A stretch of 64,000 bases of DNA, from positions 930,001 to 994,000 of the forward strand of contig NC_081333.1 of the NCBI RefSeq assembly GCF_022539665.2. Reading direction: 5' to 3'. The position numbers and the translations under genes were made by a program. Source of the stretch: Daphnia carinata (lineage: Eukaryota). Below, in pieces: positions 49,581-64,000 of the stretch (its first letter is position 1; every line of letters starts with the position of its first letter). The notes beneath the pieces were generated by a model. The model was not told the origin of the DNA and searched no databases. It worked only from the letters and a program-made list of their open reading frames with translations.

Positions 49581-52500
49581 ATGGCTAGCGCCCCTGATCC
49601 TGCTGAAGTCTTGGTAACCTGGAAGACTTTTATTTCTTAGTTTATGTAAGCTGATTTATCTGTTTTCGTTTCTGTAGGACTTCAAAATGAAGCAGTTATG
49701 TAGATTTAGAGTCACTACGAAGAAGTATGATGTCCAGGACAATTCCTCATTGATAGCCACCTCACATTTGTATGGATTGGTCTTTGTTGGTACACCGGAT
49801 AAGCTGGTTGTCATCAAAGTGGCAGACCTTGTGCAGATTGATCATGCATCTTCCAAGAAATCCGAAATTTCATCATTTCCCTCAAAGGAAATTCTTTTGC
49901 CCAGCAAACCTATTTTCGTAGCATTGAGCTGTGATAATCTTTCCTTGATGGTCTGCCTTCAAATGTCTGGATGCCCAGTAGGCTGGATGTATGATGTCCG
50001 TGGATTTGCAAGACAGGTAGTTGTCACTACTGCTTTACTTGTTATAGACAACAAAGGTATAATTCATTAAATGACATCTTTCAGACAGGAGAATGGAACC
50101 CATTTCAAGAAATTAGGCTTTCATCTACAGATGGAATAACAGTGAGTGATTGTGCGTGGAACCCCACTATACCTGGTCTAGTTGCTGTTAGCCTAAGTGA
50201 TGGATCTTTAGTTGCAGTTGAAATTAATAACACCCAATTCTCCATAATTAGCCTTCCATCAAACACACAAGCCCAGTATGCAGTTTTCTTCTTTTTCTCT
50301 TTTTTTTTCTTATTTTTAGCGTTTCTTAATAATCAACTTATTCCTAGAGCCATTTCTTGGAGTCCCAAAGGCAAACAGCTTGTTGTGGCCAGGCCTGGAA
50401 AACTAGTTCAATACAAACCTGATTTAAAAGAAGCCAAAACAACAGCGTTTAGTGGTAGCGATGTCCACATGAACACACCGGTTGCCTGTGGGCTTCAATG
50501 GCTTTCAACATCTCAATTTCTCGTGACATTCATCGATCAAGATGATCCAAATTCACGCCCTCATCTCCATATCGTCAATGTGCAGAAATCGGGGGCTACG
50601 ACTTTCATAGATTATGACGATGTTTGCTACGGTAGCCCTTCTGGAAGACCACATAAGTATTGAATCATTAATCGTATTCACTTGATTAATGATATTAATT
50701 CAAAGGTATCTGTGCTGTAGGTATCTTACACAGAGTATACCTTCTTGGAATGTTTTATTAGCATCTTCAGCGAATGCAATAGAAATTGCTGTTCTCGGCC
50801 AGACGGGAGGTGGGGATGCTGATCATCCTGAATGGAGGCAATGGACGTTGGAAGGTGAATGGCGAGCTGAACTACCACTCGATGAAAATACGGAGACGAA
50901 CCCAATGGGAATGGCCATCGACACTACAAGCCAAACTCCTATTAGCTGGGATGACAACCAGACATTACCACCTGCACCGATACTTTTCGTTCTAAGCACC
51001 CACGGTTTGCTTTGCCCTTTTCATATAATAAACCAGAAGAATCCCACACCCGTGAACCAGGTACCTCAACAATTGTCGGTGACCGGTGAGAGGCCAGCGC
51101 GAAGTGGAATTGGACTTAAAACGGCACCACTAGCAGCTTCAACTCCATTGCCTTCTGCCCCTAAAGTAGGCATTCCCAGAACAAACCTTGGAGAGCGGTT
51201 CGCCACGTTCGCCGAACCTCCTTCCTTGACAGTCCCAACTACAACGCATTCAGTGTCAGGTCCTGCCGTCCTCGATAAGGTTTTCGGTAACAAACCTCTT
51301 CAGCCCAGCGTACCATCAGCAACCGCGGATAACGGGGCATTCCTGCCTGCGCCTGTTGCACCTGTGAAGGCAGAAGCCACTCCTGTTGTTCCAAGCGCTG
51401 TTAAATTAGCAAGTCAAACCGTGGCGACAGAACAGCCAAATGTTCAGGCGTCCGTGGATGCTGCAACTGCAATTTTACGTGATGAAGTTGTCAAATTTGT
51501 TCAAGACTTGGAAGAGTTCAAAACGCGTTCGTCGTCTTTGAAAGTTACAGTTGCTAGTGAAGAAGATAAACAGCGATTGTTGAAACTGACTTCTGATCTG
51601 TCTGGCTTTGGTGTGGATCTAGTTGATACCACGAAAATGCAAGACGAAGAAGTTAGAGGCTTGTGCACTGATTTAGTTGAAGTTGCCGCACTTCTAGAAG
51701 ATGCCCGTGTACGACACGCTCGTCGTAAGAATTCCCGCTACAGCCACTTGCTCAAATTACGGCCTTTAGATCCAGGTAATCGCCGAAAAATGGACGATAT
51801 CGAGCGTTTGCACATTCATATAGAACAACAGCTTGTGGAAGCTTCACGATGCCTAGATTCTATCAGTCGCGAACGTACTAGAGACAGCAATCGAAAAGTT
51901 GAAATCCCCATAACTCAGGTAAATCTTTCTTGCCTTAGGTATTCGAAAAATTCTTAATTATTATTTTTTTTATGTCAGGTGATTTATGAAGCGATCAGAA
52001 ACAACGCCAAAGTTATATCACAGTTAAAGTCTCGGGTAGAACGCATCATAGCCCAGAGCAAGGAACAGCAGTTAAAAATCGCCGGAGCTGCTTTCGAAGT
52101 CCTAAGGTTGTTATGCATTAAATGATTATTCAAAACCTCGTAGCTAATCGAATGGTCGTTTCTCATAGGCCGAAGGGAGCTGATGACTCGTGCAAGTGGG
52201 AATCCGAATTGGCTGTTCTGGCCGACTCACTTCTAACATCAAGTATAAAAAGTGAAACTGGCATACACGCACCACATCCAGTCATCCCACAAGTATCCCC
52301 TGAAAAACAAGCAATGCTCAGGAGCGTACTAGCGCATAGGCCTGTGGCTCGCATTCGAGCTGTACGCCCAGAATCAGTTGCAGAATCACGTTTGCTGTCA
52401 AACCTCTCCGGTTTCATGCACAAGGAAGATAAAAGCGCGTCGACTGCTGCATCGAATTCCATCATTTCACAAGCGTCGTCCAAGAATTCCGTGCTGAATG

Positions 52501-55110
52501 CTAGAGATACTTCACTTTCGTCACCTGTGGAAATCAAACCACAGTTACCGAAATTGGGATCAGCAAACATTGGAGGCAATGCTGTAACTCCGGTAGCCTT
52601 GACACGTGCTCCTCTTGCCAAGTTTGTTCCCCAACCAACTCCCGAGGTAGAAGACGTCACTCCGCCATCCTCACCAGTAAACTTGGATCAAAAAGCGAAA
52701 GATATTGGTAGTGCGCTAATGATGAGCAGTTTCAGTTTACCTTCGCGTATCACAACAACTACTGTAGCAGACGACAAACCGACTTCGAAGTTAGCCGATG
52801 TGAAACCAACCGTCTCTTTGCCTACTTCTCTTCCACCACCTTACGAACCAAAACCAACGTTTGCTACAATGCCGACATCGATACCTAGTCTGTCGTTTGG
52901 AACTCCTAAGCAGACCCCTCAGCAATCTGGGCTAGGATCGACAAGTCTCTCCGGCAAGTCATCATTTGCTTCCGCATTTAGCGCTGCGTCTACACCTTCC
53001 ACTACTCCGGCGACTGCACCATCCAAAGTGACGGCCGAAAGTACGTCATTGTTTGCTGCTTTAGGCACACCTGCTGTTCCAACAACAGTCCAGTCACAAC
53101 CAACTAAGAGTTTAAGCACACCGTCGTTTGGACTGGCGTTTCCCCCTGTCACACCTACGTCCGCGCCCAGTCCTGTGCCAACCAAACCAGCAGAACAAGT
53201 TCCAGCTCTAAAAACGAGCTTTTCGTTTAACTCTTTAGCAACAGCTGTTGCAGCACCAACTCCGACTGTCGTGACAACGTCCACTGTGCCAGCTGCCGGG
53301 GCGCTTCCAAATTTTACATTCGCTTCTTCTACGCTCGCGACGACCACAACTGCATCGCCTACGATTGCTACCACCACTACTGCTCCCTTGTCTTTTGTAA
53401 CACCTCAGTCGTCCTCCTCGATTAGTACTTCGAGCAGCGATGGTTTTGCTACGACTGTTAAACCGACTGCAGCGCCAACAAATTTCTCTTTCAATCTGGC
53501 CAAAGTTCCGAGCTCATCGAGTGTCACCGCACCAGCAGCCGCACCTTTCACGTTCAACCCTTCCGGAGCTGGCTTGGCCACCACCGGTGCTACCCCAACA
53601 ATATTTTCAACGCCTAGTTCTACAGCAGTGGCCGGATCGCTGTTTTCGTTAACTTCAACAACCAAAACGCCAACCGCCTTCGGTGTCGTAAGCACCGTTG
53701 CACCAGCAACTACACCGACCTCCTCACTCTTTGGCCAGACTCCAGCAGTGTCTGCTGCGGCAACATCAGCTCCGGCAATTTCATCTCTTTTTGGTCAGTC
53801 CTCTACCTCGACCGTGGCACCTAGTACCTCTACCACAGGTGTAACACCTTTGTTTGGTCAAGGCCAACCTGCCAGCTCATTGGCTACAGGTGCCACTGTA
53901 ACGCAACCCGCTTTTGGACTTACCACTGCAAATGCAGCTGCCACTCCAGCACCGGCAGTTACGACAATTTTCGGCCAGCCAACCACTACATCGCAGAACA
54001 CTGGAAGTTTGTTCGGCCAGCCTTCTAATCCGCCAGCCGGACTGTTTTCATCCCCGTTTGGACAAGGAAGTTTCGGGCAATCAACTTCTACTACATCTAG
54101 TACAGTAAATACACCACTCTTTGGACAATCGACTTTTGGCAAACCAGCTCTACCTCAGACAAGCGTAGCTCCGTCCGTCTCATCTTTCGGATCACCGCCT
54201 GTGTTTGGACAGACCAGTGGAGCAGCCACTGGATTGTCAGCTGGAAGCGTTTTTGGACAAGGCACCACTGCGACTACGACCCCGATCAAACCGTTATTTG
54301 GTGGATCTGCATTTGGACAGACTCCGACCAATGCTGCGGCCAATGCTTCATCCCCGAGCCAAGGCTTTGGAGCTAATATGTTTGGTAACATGGGCTTAGG
54401 TGGCACTCCGAATGCTGCCAACGCCAATCGAAACGCTTTTGGTGGTGGAACGGTTTTCGGCAGCGCAACCCCGTCTGGTAATTCGACACATACACTTTCC
54501 TTTTGGGCTTGAATGACCTTTTTAAATAAATTGATAAGGTCAAGGAACGTTTGGCAGCACGGCTGGATCGTCTTCTTTCGGAGCTCAAACAGCTACCCCG
54601 TCTGCTGCTCCTTCGTTTGGCAGTCCTTCGCAACCCAGTTTTGGAGGGTTCAGTCAGACCCAACCAGCCTTTGGTGGAGCTGCAACATTCGGTGGTTCTC
54701 CGTTGTTTGGAAGTAAACCAACTTTCGGTGGTGGACCGACATTTGGTTCCCCAGTTAGTAGCCTTGCGGCACCTAAACAGGAAGCAGGTACGTTCATTAA
54801 TGTTATAGAATCGCAAGGAACTTGTTACCACATTGACAAGATCTATTCGGTAGGATTTGGTGCGTTCGCTGCCTCTAATAACGTCCCCACATTTGGAGTG
54901 CTCGCAAGTTCTGGACCGTCTTTCGAAGCCTTGGCAAGTAGCAGCAATTCGCAACCGGCATTTGGAGGGGCAGCGTTTCCATCCACCAATCCACCATCCT
55001 TTGGAGGGTAAGACTTTGTTAGACATAAAGTAGTATGTATTTTATGTAAAGCTTTTCCTACTTAAATTTTTCTCATTTTCAGGGGAAGCTCTTTTTCTTC
55101 ATGGCGTTAG
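49581..55110 (+). CDS. Nup214: Nuclear pore complex protein Nup214
   Basis: N-terminal beta-propeller (WSPKGKQLVV, LSTHGLLCPF), a coiled coil, a long S/T/P-rich region, many FG repeats, and a C-terminus ..GGSSFSSWR*. Multi-exon, ATG at 49581. Confidence 0.95.
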
Positions 55111-55747
55111 ATTTGTTAAGCGTTCGCCATTTTTTCGCCAAATTTGTTGTTTTGTAACTTCGTGTCTGAACTTGAAAACCCGAATAAATCCTGTACGTTC
55201 TAGTCTGGTTTTAAGATGTCTTTAACGCCCAATGGACAGAAGCCCCAAAGTGCGTTAAACAGTTGAAAAAGCACAACCTCCAGCACGCGCCAAAATAGTC
55301 TATTGAGTACTGATTTCGACCGTGAAAAAGTTCACTGCTCAGAAAAATACAGAAAAAATGAAGACTTCAACTATCCAGGGCTTAGAAAACACAACTTGCA
55401 TTTACAAAAATGACCAAATGATTAATCTCTTTTTGAACAAGCAGTCGGTCATTTGTCGCTTGTTTAGTGGGTTTCATATTTATGGCAAAAAGATCTGTCG
55501 TAGCACGTGCAATAAAAAGCACTTGTCATAATGCAAGTCACATTTTCTCTCCATCCTCATTTTCGGCACGAAATTCCAGGAATCCCGCACTGAAATCCGC
55601 ACTTTACCCACCATTCCCCGCAATTTATGCCGTCGCATCCATGAACTGCAATGTTATCGTCGAAGGTTTTGTTTTGTTTTCTAGATTGGTAAGTTTATCG
55701 ACGAAGGAGGCCGTTTTCATCTAGGCATTCATTAACTTACCTAGAAG

Positions 55748-58177
55748 ATGGAAGGTAGGAATCATAGCAGTGACTCATTGGCTTCTAACTCCTCCAACTC
55801 CAAGTTGGGACGCGATTCTGCATCGTCAAGTAGAGGTTTAACAGTTTTAAAGAAACTCCCTCGAATCAGTAATATATTCGTCTTTCATAAACAGGATCAG
55901 CAGTTAAAAGCCTTTCAAGTTCCACTTCAGCCTCAAATGAATACTTTCCTGATTTTGATTCTAAAATCACCATTAAAGAACCATCTGTTGTTGACAGTCC
56001 TACACCTTTATTGACAGGAGAAAAAATTCAAGGAGCTGCAAGAGATGTGACTTACTTGTGCCCCTTCATTGGGCCAGTCAGGGGGGCATTAACTGTAACA
56101 AACTATAAAATCTATTTTCGCAGTTCAGACCGGGAACCTCCATTTATACTTGATGTTCCATTGGGTGTTGTCAGTCGAATTGAAAAGATGGGTGGAGCTA
56201 GCAGTCGAGGGGAAAACTCTTATGGAATTGAACTTATTTGCAAAGACCTAAGAAATCTGCGCTTTGCTCACAAGCAAGAAAATCACTCGCGTCGAAATGT
56301 TTTCGAGAAATTGCAGCAACACGCATTTCCCCTTTCACACCGAATGGGTTTATTTGCCTTTGAGTTTAAAGAAGAGTACCCTGAAAATGGATGGACAATG
56401 TACGAACCTGTGGCCGAGCTGAAACGCCAAGGTTTGCCCAACGAAAGTTGGCGAATAACCAAACTTAACGAAAATTACGACATCTGCGATAGTTACCCAG
56501 CAGTCTGGGCCGTTCCTGCTGCAGCTACTGACGAGGAACTCCGCTATGTTGCTTCATTTCGTAGCCGTGGTCGTTTACCGGTTTTGTCGTGGATCCATCC
56601 TGAAAGCCAGGCAACTATTACGCGCTGTTCACAACCGCTCGTGGGAGTAAGTGGTAAGCGCAGCCGGGATGACGAGCGATACGTCCAGCTTATTCTTGAC
56701 GCAAACGCTCAGTCACATAAACTCTTTATAATGGACGCTCGGCCTAGCGTTAATGCTGTGGCCAATAAGGCAAAAGGAGGTACGTATTATAGCCAAAATG
56801 GCCATTCATTTCCTATTTACAATTGACTCGATATCGTTATCTAGGTGGTTATGAATCGGAGGATGCCTACCAAAACGCTGAACTTGTTTTCATGGACATC
56901 CAGTAATATTTTTTTCACGTGAATTTGTCGTATTCCAGTTCTAATCCCTTACCTTCTTTACTAGCAACATCCATGTAATGCGCGAATCTTTACGAAAAAT
57001 CAAAGGTTGGTATTTTCACGTTAATATTTATAATATCTGTTTTAGTAAATGTGTAATGAACATGTTTTGGCACATAGAAATTTGTTTTCCAACTGTGGAC
57101 GACGTGCATTGGTTGTCTGCCATCGAGTCAACCCATTGGCTCGAACATCTCAAGTGCATTCTTTCTGGTGCCGTCCGGATAGGTAAGAGACTTCAGTAAA
57201 TCTCCTGTGTGCGGTTTCACGAATTTTGCATTTAGTTGATAAGGTTGAAAACCATCGAACTTCGGTTATGGTCCATTGCTCTGATGGGTGGGATCGAACA
57301 GCCCAATTGACTGCAATTGCCTTGCTATTGCTTGATCCTTACTATCGGACCCTACGCGGTTTCCAGGTCATCATAGAAAAAGAGTGGCTCAGCTTTGGAC
57401 ACAAATTTGCCCAACGAGTCGGACACGGGGATGATCGACATTCAGATGCTGACAGATCACCTGTGTTTCTTCAGTTTATCGACTGTGTTTGGCAGGTAAT
57501 TACGGCAGTACGCAACATCACTAAAAGTTACGTCAATTACGAATTTCATAATCTAGGTGACTCGCCAGTTTCCTAGTGCGTTCGAATTCAATGAACATTT
57601 CCTCATTACTATACTTGACCATTTATACTCATGTCTATTCGGCACATTCCTATTCAACACGTAATTATTAGTTATTTTGATATTTTTAAACATTTGTATA
57701 CAATTGTTTCTAATAATCTCCAATAGCGAACAACAACGGGTGAAAGAAGACGTGAAACAACAAACAGTTTCATTGTGGTCTTTTATCAATAGCCACACTG
57801 ATGAGTTTATAAATCCGCTGTACTGTGCAGCCTACGTCGAACAACATGTTCTATTCCCAGTGGCAAGCTTGCGGCAGCTTCGGCTTTGGACCAATTATTA
57901 CTGCAGATGGAACCCCCGAGTCCGACCTCAGGTAATGTTTGTTTTATTTTGTAAGCTTTGTTTGCCAAAATGTGTTAATCCTAACAACCGTGTTTCTGAT
58001 TAGGAATCTATTGCCGCCCGATCGCGAGTGCTTGTGTCTCTGCGCTCTCATCTCCAACGACGAGTACAGGAATTGCAGAAAGAACTAGATGCCCGATTGG
58101 CTCGAGGATCTACTGCAGTTTCCCAGAGCAATGAAGGACGTCCCACAGCAAGAGTATCGTCTCCTATCTACAGTTGA
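55748..58177 (+). CDS. MTMR2: Myotubularin-related lipid phosphatase (MTMR2/MTM1 class)
   Basis: GRAM domain ([12 protein letters not shown]), [12 protein letters not shown], catalytic [24 protein letters not shown]-terminal coiled coil. Confidence 0.95.
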
Positions 58178-58676
58178 ACAACTAGATTAATGTACCATTC
58201 TGTTATGATAACCCGCATACTTTTTATTGGCTTAGTTTATTGCCTGAGCAAGTATTAAAATTCACGAAGCTCGCAAGTATGTGAATTATTGTCAGTGAAA
58301 CTAATACGCATAGTATTTTTAACATCGTTTTTCAGGCACAATTCCCGTCGAGGATTATTTCGATTGTGGGAAGGCGAAAAAAGCATTGGGCTTTCGTCAG
58401 TTTTATTAATCTTAATGACGTATCATCAAAGGTCTTAAACTTCATACAGTGAGCGAGATGTTTAGCCAACCATGTTGGAGAAAACAAGCCTTGAGAGCAA
58501 AAGAAAGACGCACGTTGTAATCTGCAGTGCCTCGCTGTTCAGGCAAATAATAAAGGATTATATTATAGACGGCATTATTAGAAATATCGTGTCATATATT
58601 TTCCAACAGTTTTCGCGCTAGCGAGTCACATAAAAAGAGCTTGAAATCTTAGCCAAGAGGAAATGGAATTTTACAG

Positions 58677-60018
58677 TTACAAATGATGATCCATCAGAAC
58701 CATATTTTTAGGAAGTGTATCTCTTATAAGAATTATTCGATTTTGGTGAATTTTTTCCAAGTCTTCCACGTATCCGAACCAATAGATTACAAGTCCCGGT
58801 CCGAATCTATCGGCAAAATAATACTACTCCAATGGCCTTTAGTTTAACTATTAGCATAAAAGATACCTGTTCCAATAGCTATACAGTTGATCTTTCAGAT
58901 AACCCCGATGAACTTCTTCGTCACCGAAAAGAGCTTTGCTCTCAATCCAGTTTATCACTTGCCCATCAATAGCTATCCAGTAGAGGGATAATTTATTATG
59001 ATAATATAATATGTTTTATGTAAGTGTTCTACATACCAATAGGAATTTCCAACTTTATATCTGGTGTTTTGTCATACCCTTTCATCCTAAGATGGTCTTC
59101 ATGAAGAAAGGTAACTTTACAGTTTTCCAGTTCCATTCGGAGATAAATTTCGTATTCATAACCTCTAGATCTGCACTCAGCAGAAAATTTGTCAAGAAAC
59201 AGATGTTATAAAAACAATTGAGGGAGAAATCACCTTAACAAAAAACTGAGAAACAATATTGAATGTACTTACTGCTTGGTAGCTTCTGCTATTGGACCAT
59301 ACTCTTCATCCTCAAGCAAACACTGGAAAGAAAACAAAATAATAAAAATAAAAATTACTGAATTGTCAACTCACATATGAAATGGTAATTTACCAGGTAA
59401 GTTTCAAATGCTAAATCTCTGTCGTCTATCAATGCAGTATTTTTCATTAGAGTTGAAACCAAGAGTTTTGCTGGCTCTAGGATTATTTAAAAAATGGGAT
59501 TATGGTGAAGTACACACATTCAAAATTTAAACACAGCCTACTCGACTTGTCATCCCTTTGATAATGTCTCTCTATTATGGATCGGGCTAGAAGAGCTGGA
59601 GTTAGACCAACTTCATCCGACAATCGAAGCAATATCCCTGGTTCTTCATTCATCAAAATAGAATTTTTGAACCTAATTGGAACATTTCCTAGGTTATTAA
59701 AAATCTATAAATAAAATATTACAAGGAATCCCATACTTCTTGTACATGGCCTCCACTGTTTCGGAAGTAGTTAATCTTCCATGAGAACCTTTCATTCTTT
59801 TTTGGCATTCTTGTGCAACAACACATTTTAAGGTGTCGACAGAGAGTCTGCATTGAATAGAAATTACGGTCACCGTTTACTCTGCATCAACAAAATTGTA
59901 TGATAACTACTCACTCTGGGAAACGCTTTTGTAAGCTTTGAACTCTATTTCGGAATGGTAACTTGTACAGGGAATCTAACAGCGAGTTGTACGTTGTTTG
60001 GTTCAGTACGCGCGCCAT
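58677..60018 (-). CDS. CDIN1: CDAN1-interacting nuclease 1 (C15orf41 homologue); absent from the ORF track because its exons are short
   Basis: Spliced translation: [25 protein letters not shown]..; [50 protein letters not shown]. Confidence 0.93.
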
Positions 60019-60298
60019 TTTAAATTTTTCCCACCTCGAATTCTGGAATATTTATTTTGATTTGACATGCCGTCGGGTGTTACACTTGGCACCGTTGCAA
60101 TTTTTGCGTTTAATGGTGGCGACGAAAATTTGTGAGTCTGTGATTGCTGTTGTTAATTTTTCGACCAAAGTATAATTCAAGAAAATACTGTACTGAGCAA
60201 AGAGTAAATTTGTATGATATGCGAAGTTTCCTTTGAGATGTTTGTAGTAATCAGGGCGTTTCCCTAACTAAAAATTAGGAATTACCCAGTATATCAAC

Positions 60299-62889
60299 AT
60301 GGCTAAAAACGGGACTCACTTCAGCGAGTCGCATTTTGAGAAGAAACTAAATAATCTGAAGGATACACAAGAAAGCATCCAAGGTCTCAGTGCGTGGTGT
60401 CTTAGTCACAAATCTGACCTGAACCACATTATAAAATGTTGGTTAAAAGCAATAAAAAAGAGCAAACCTGAGCAATGCCTTACATTGTTCTACCTTGCCA
60501 ACGATGTTATCCAACACAGCAAGAAAAAAAGCTTGTTAGAGCTTGTTTTGGCCTGGGAATATGCATTAAAAGAAGCTACTCCATATGCAAGGTATTTCAC
60601 ATTGTTACAGTTGGTATTACAGAGTTTTAAAATCTGAGAATGTTCATCTGAGAATGTGGTTATTTTGTATGTCATTCCATCAAAGGGAGGAGAAAGTTCG
60701 AAGCCGTGTGCAACGAATTTTCAAAATCTGGGAAGAAAGAGATGTTTACAGTGCCTCGTTTGTTCATGAACTTTCAATTCTGCTAGAGGATCCTGTGGAA
60801 ATTGAAGAAAAATCTTCTGTGGCACCGAGTTCTGATTTTGAAGTAAATGTGATCACAAAATCCAACTGAACCAATTGTAATTCTCTGAATGTTTTTGTAT
60901 TTTTTTTTCCAGACCACCACTCTCGTTGAAAAAATCCACCAGTGCAAAATACTTGAGGAGGATACAGACCTGAAGCAAAGAACATTGAATGAATCCAAGG
61001 TTTGTATAAATAAAACTATCTTTATCATATTTTTATTTCCATGCAACTGTATCGTTAGGTCAAAATTACCGAAGTTGATGCCCTCAGGGCTAGCGTAAAA
61101 GAGCGTCGTAAAACTGATGATTTTTTCAACGAGTTTGATGCCAGCGTAGGAAGAATGGAAGAATACGTCAAAGCCCTAGAAGTTGAAACGCGCGAAAGGG
61201 CATCTCTTTTAAGTTTGTTGGAGCAAGCAGACCTTTTTTATGAAGCACAACGAGGAGAATTTAAAGTAGTGTGCACGGTAAGGGACTTAATCATCTCAGT
61301 TTACGTACAAGTAAACCGTATTTGATTTTCTTTTGTTCTCAATATTGCTTAGGCGTACAAGCAGTTCGGAAGTCGAGTCAAGGGGGTTAAGCGTAAGGTA
61401 GAGGAAATGATGCATACGCTCCCCAAAACAAGTGAGACAAATCGGGCTCATTCGGACACTGCGGATGCCCCATCGCCCACGTCATCAGTGGGCTCAGATT
61501 TAGTACTCCCTGATCCCCCTTTTCTGTCATCAGGGACAGGTGGTAATTATAGAAAACCGCAAGAAAGCCGAAAGCCTGTAGGTATGGATCTGGATTCTAG
61601 GATTACGTCATTCTTGGCAGGAGGTTCACAAGGTCTTACTGTAAGTAGCGCACTTCCATAGTTTAATAATTTTTTATAATTTCAAGGGAACTTATCTGTT
61701 ACACTTAAAAAAAGGGCTCGTTTTTGGCAAGTCCCGTTAAAGCAGACTCTCCTCCCGTGCCACAAAGCAAGCCTGTATTACCTGCTTCGGATCCCTTTCC
61801 CTTTTATCCTGGAGTTAACAACCCTTTTGGCAACCTAGCGTCACTGCTGGTTGCTCCGCCACCTCCTCCTCCACCACCTCCCCTGATGCCGCCTCCTGTA
61901 TTTCAGGATCTACCAAAACCAGAACCACCTCCACCGCCACCTGTATCTCTACTCGGCCAAGAACCCTGGTTAAACAACAGTCCGGTCCACCATCCTCTAC
62001 CCTCGCGAATACCTTCTTGGGGTATGGATGAATCTTTAAGCGATAATGGAACCAACAACATTACTATTCATCATACGTCAGCTTTCTTCCCATCTCACGA
62101 CGTTGATCTCAGGTTACACCAATACCTTTCGTAAAAGATGCTATATGAACGTTTTCTATGTTTTGTTTTCATTTTGCTTACTTGTTTATACGATTGCGTT
62201 TACCATTGATTTATTTTTGTGTGCAATTTAGAAGTGGCCAGCGGCCTATTGATCATCGTAATCTGATTTCACTAACAAGTGGACCAGACAAGTACTCGCC
62301 ACCGCCGCCAATTTCCGATACTCACGACCACGTCGAACCTTCCATCGGAGAAGAAGAAATTTCTAGCTGGCTGAAAGACGTCTTGAAGGCCCAAGAAGCG
62401 AGGGAACGCAAACCTGACGATCTGAATGAGCAAGTTTTAAATCTTTTGGATTCTTTCGATCACGAAAAAAATAACTGCTTGACATCGCGGGATGGACCAA
62501 TGGCCGAAGGAGCACCATCAGGAGCGAAAAAGATCATGAGTCGCGTTGATTCTCATCATCTCTATTCCAGTCACAACAGCCGGATACCAACATCAAATAC
62601 GTCGTTTGTCTGTGTTGAACAACCCCGTAAGGACATCCCTGTCGTTAAAGCCGATCCTCCGTCAAAAGTACCTAGCTTAATGGCCACCGTGCTGTATCCG
62701 GATCCATCATCCTTTACCACAGCCGCATCGGACGGTAGCGCAAGTCGACATCAGCCATTTGATCAACAATCGCCACGCACCCGAAATCGTAGTAGCGCGA
62801 CAACATCATCGTCCTCAAACCCTTCAAGCCGCGGATTCACCCCGTCACGTTTTTCCCGTTCACCGTATCCTCGTGGATCTCGGTGGTAG
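60299..62889 (+). CDS. RPRD2: Pol II CTD-interacting (CID/RPR) protein, RPRD2/RPRD1 family
   Basis: FEKKLNNLKDTQESIQGLSAWC..LTLFYLANDVIQHSKKK..RIFKIWEERDVY, a CREPT-like coiled coil (AYKQFGSRV), DAPSP, and a long Pro-rich tail. Confidence 0.88.
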
Positions 62890-64000
62890 CGGTCATCTTT
62901 GTTGACCACTATAGTGTTGTCTATAACGCTTACTGGTTATCATGACTCGTGAATTTTTTTTTTTTTTTTAACAAGCACATCGTAAGGAATGGCCCGTCCT
63001 GAATTTCGGATCTCTTCCTGACTTAGCAATGTTAATTCTTTTCATCTTCTTTGTTTTTTTTTTTGCCCTCGAATTGTTTATGTGTCATTTATCTTAAACA
63101 AGTTGAAATTGCTTCTGGCGTCATAAGAAGGGTTCTTACTGTATGGCGGCATACATCGTCATTCGCTTGCCTATTGTGTGTGTATATGTGTGTATGGCAG
63201 AGCTAATCCTATCGTTAAGTAATCAAGGACATAAGTTTGATTTTTCCTGTAGAAAAGACATTGGAAATATCCAACTGGATCGTTTCAGGTCAAATGTAAG
63301 CAGGTTGTTTCCGATGCCAGAGTAGAGAGTAAGTTCCTTTGGGGAGGTAGCACGGTTAAATTACACCGCAAGGTTGATAAACATCCACGTTTGGTCATTG
63401 TTCGTGAGCGCCACGGCATTTTACTCGGCATCGTAATTGTTCTTCCACGTTAAAGCGGGCTTTAAGGTACCTTTTCTTTTCCCCCGAAGTTTGAAATAAC
63501 AGATCGCCGTACCAGCTCGATGCAAATTTACTACAAAATGAAAGCGTAGCATTTAGTTGCCTGTTTTAAGGATCTTATACGCGGATTTTATTCAATTTTT
63601 TTTCATTGAAATTCTTTTTTTTTAAATTTCACTTGAACCAAAAACGCTTTTCTTTTTTACTACGCGTTTTCGAATTCGATTTTTTCTAAAGCTCACCGTT
63701 CAGTCGATAAGTACAACGCGGAATTGGGGTTTCACCTTACGGATCTTGCGGTCGTTTCTTTCACCGCAAATACAATGCGCTGCGGCCATATTTAAAAGAA
63801 TTTCACGCTCGATTTTGATTAACCGTTTGATTTTATTTTTGAAGAGCGTCCTGTTACCTTTTTTCAAAATATTATTTTTTTTTTTTCATTCAAATAAAAA
63901 AATGTGCTAGTTGATTTCCAAACTGCCAAATGTTAAACATTTACTTCAATTCGCACCAATTCTCAATAAGTTGCCCGTTGGGATGAAGTACGTTGAATCT

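Noticed and set aside
52163..55026. Long antisense ORFs over Nup214 (similarly over Hsc70)
   Set aside because: Shadow frames of low-complexity or biased coding sequence.
63140..64000. Possible small exons or the start of another gene
   Set aside because: Splice-like signals exist but there is no recognisable product, so it cannot be supported within this window.

Overview
Eukaryotic, AT-rich DNA with compact genes and many ~60-80 nt introns. This fits a branchiopod crustacean such as Daphnia (inference, not verified). Eight spliced protein-coding genes are recognisable: cytosolic Hsc70 (-), Abi (-), ATF6 (+), an NRARP-like ankyrin gene (+), Nup214 (+), MTMR2-like myotubularin (+), CDIN1/C15orf41 (-) and an RPRD/CID-domain gene (+). 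The most interesting features are non-coding. (1) Positions 1-2765 have no credible ORF but fold back on the + strand into very long nested helices whose mismatches are mostly G-U wobbles, ending at an AATAAA: a candidate large structured/hairpin lncRNA. (2) A repeat family at about 4.4-7.9 kb and 21.0-24.8 kb carries a ~430-500 bp multi-hairpin module with compensatory base changes (3 copies, two as a long inverted repeat), tRNA-like cassettes, Ulp1-like and OTU-like protease relics and CTCF-like end motifs. (3) A U14-like box C/D snoRNA lies in the first intron of hsc70, with domain A intact and domain B replaced. (4) The ~24 kb gene desert around the NRARP-like gene is dense in Su(H)/CSL sites. 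All pairings, alignments and counts were made by eye.
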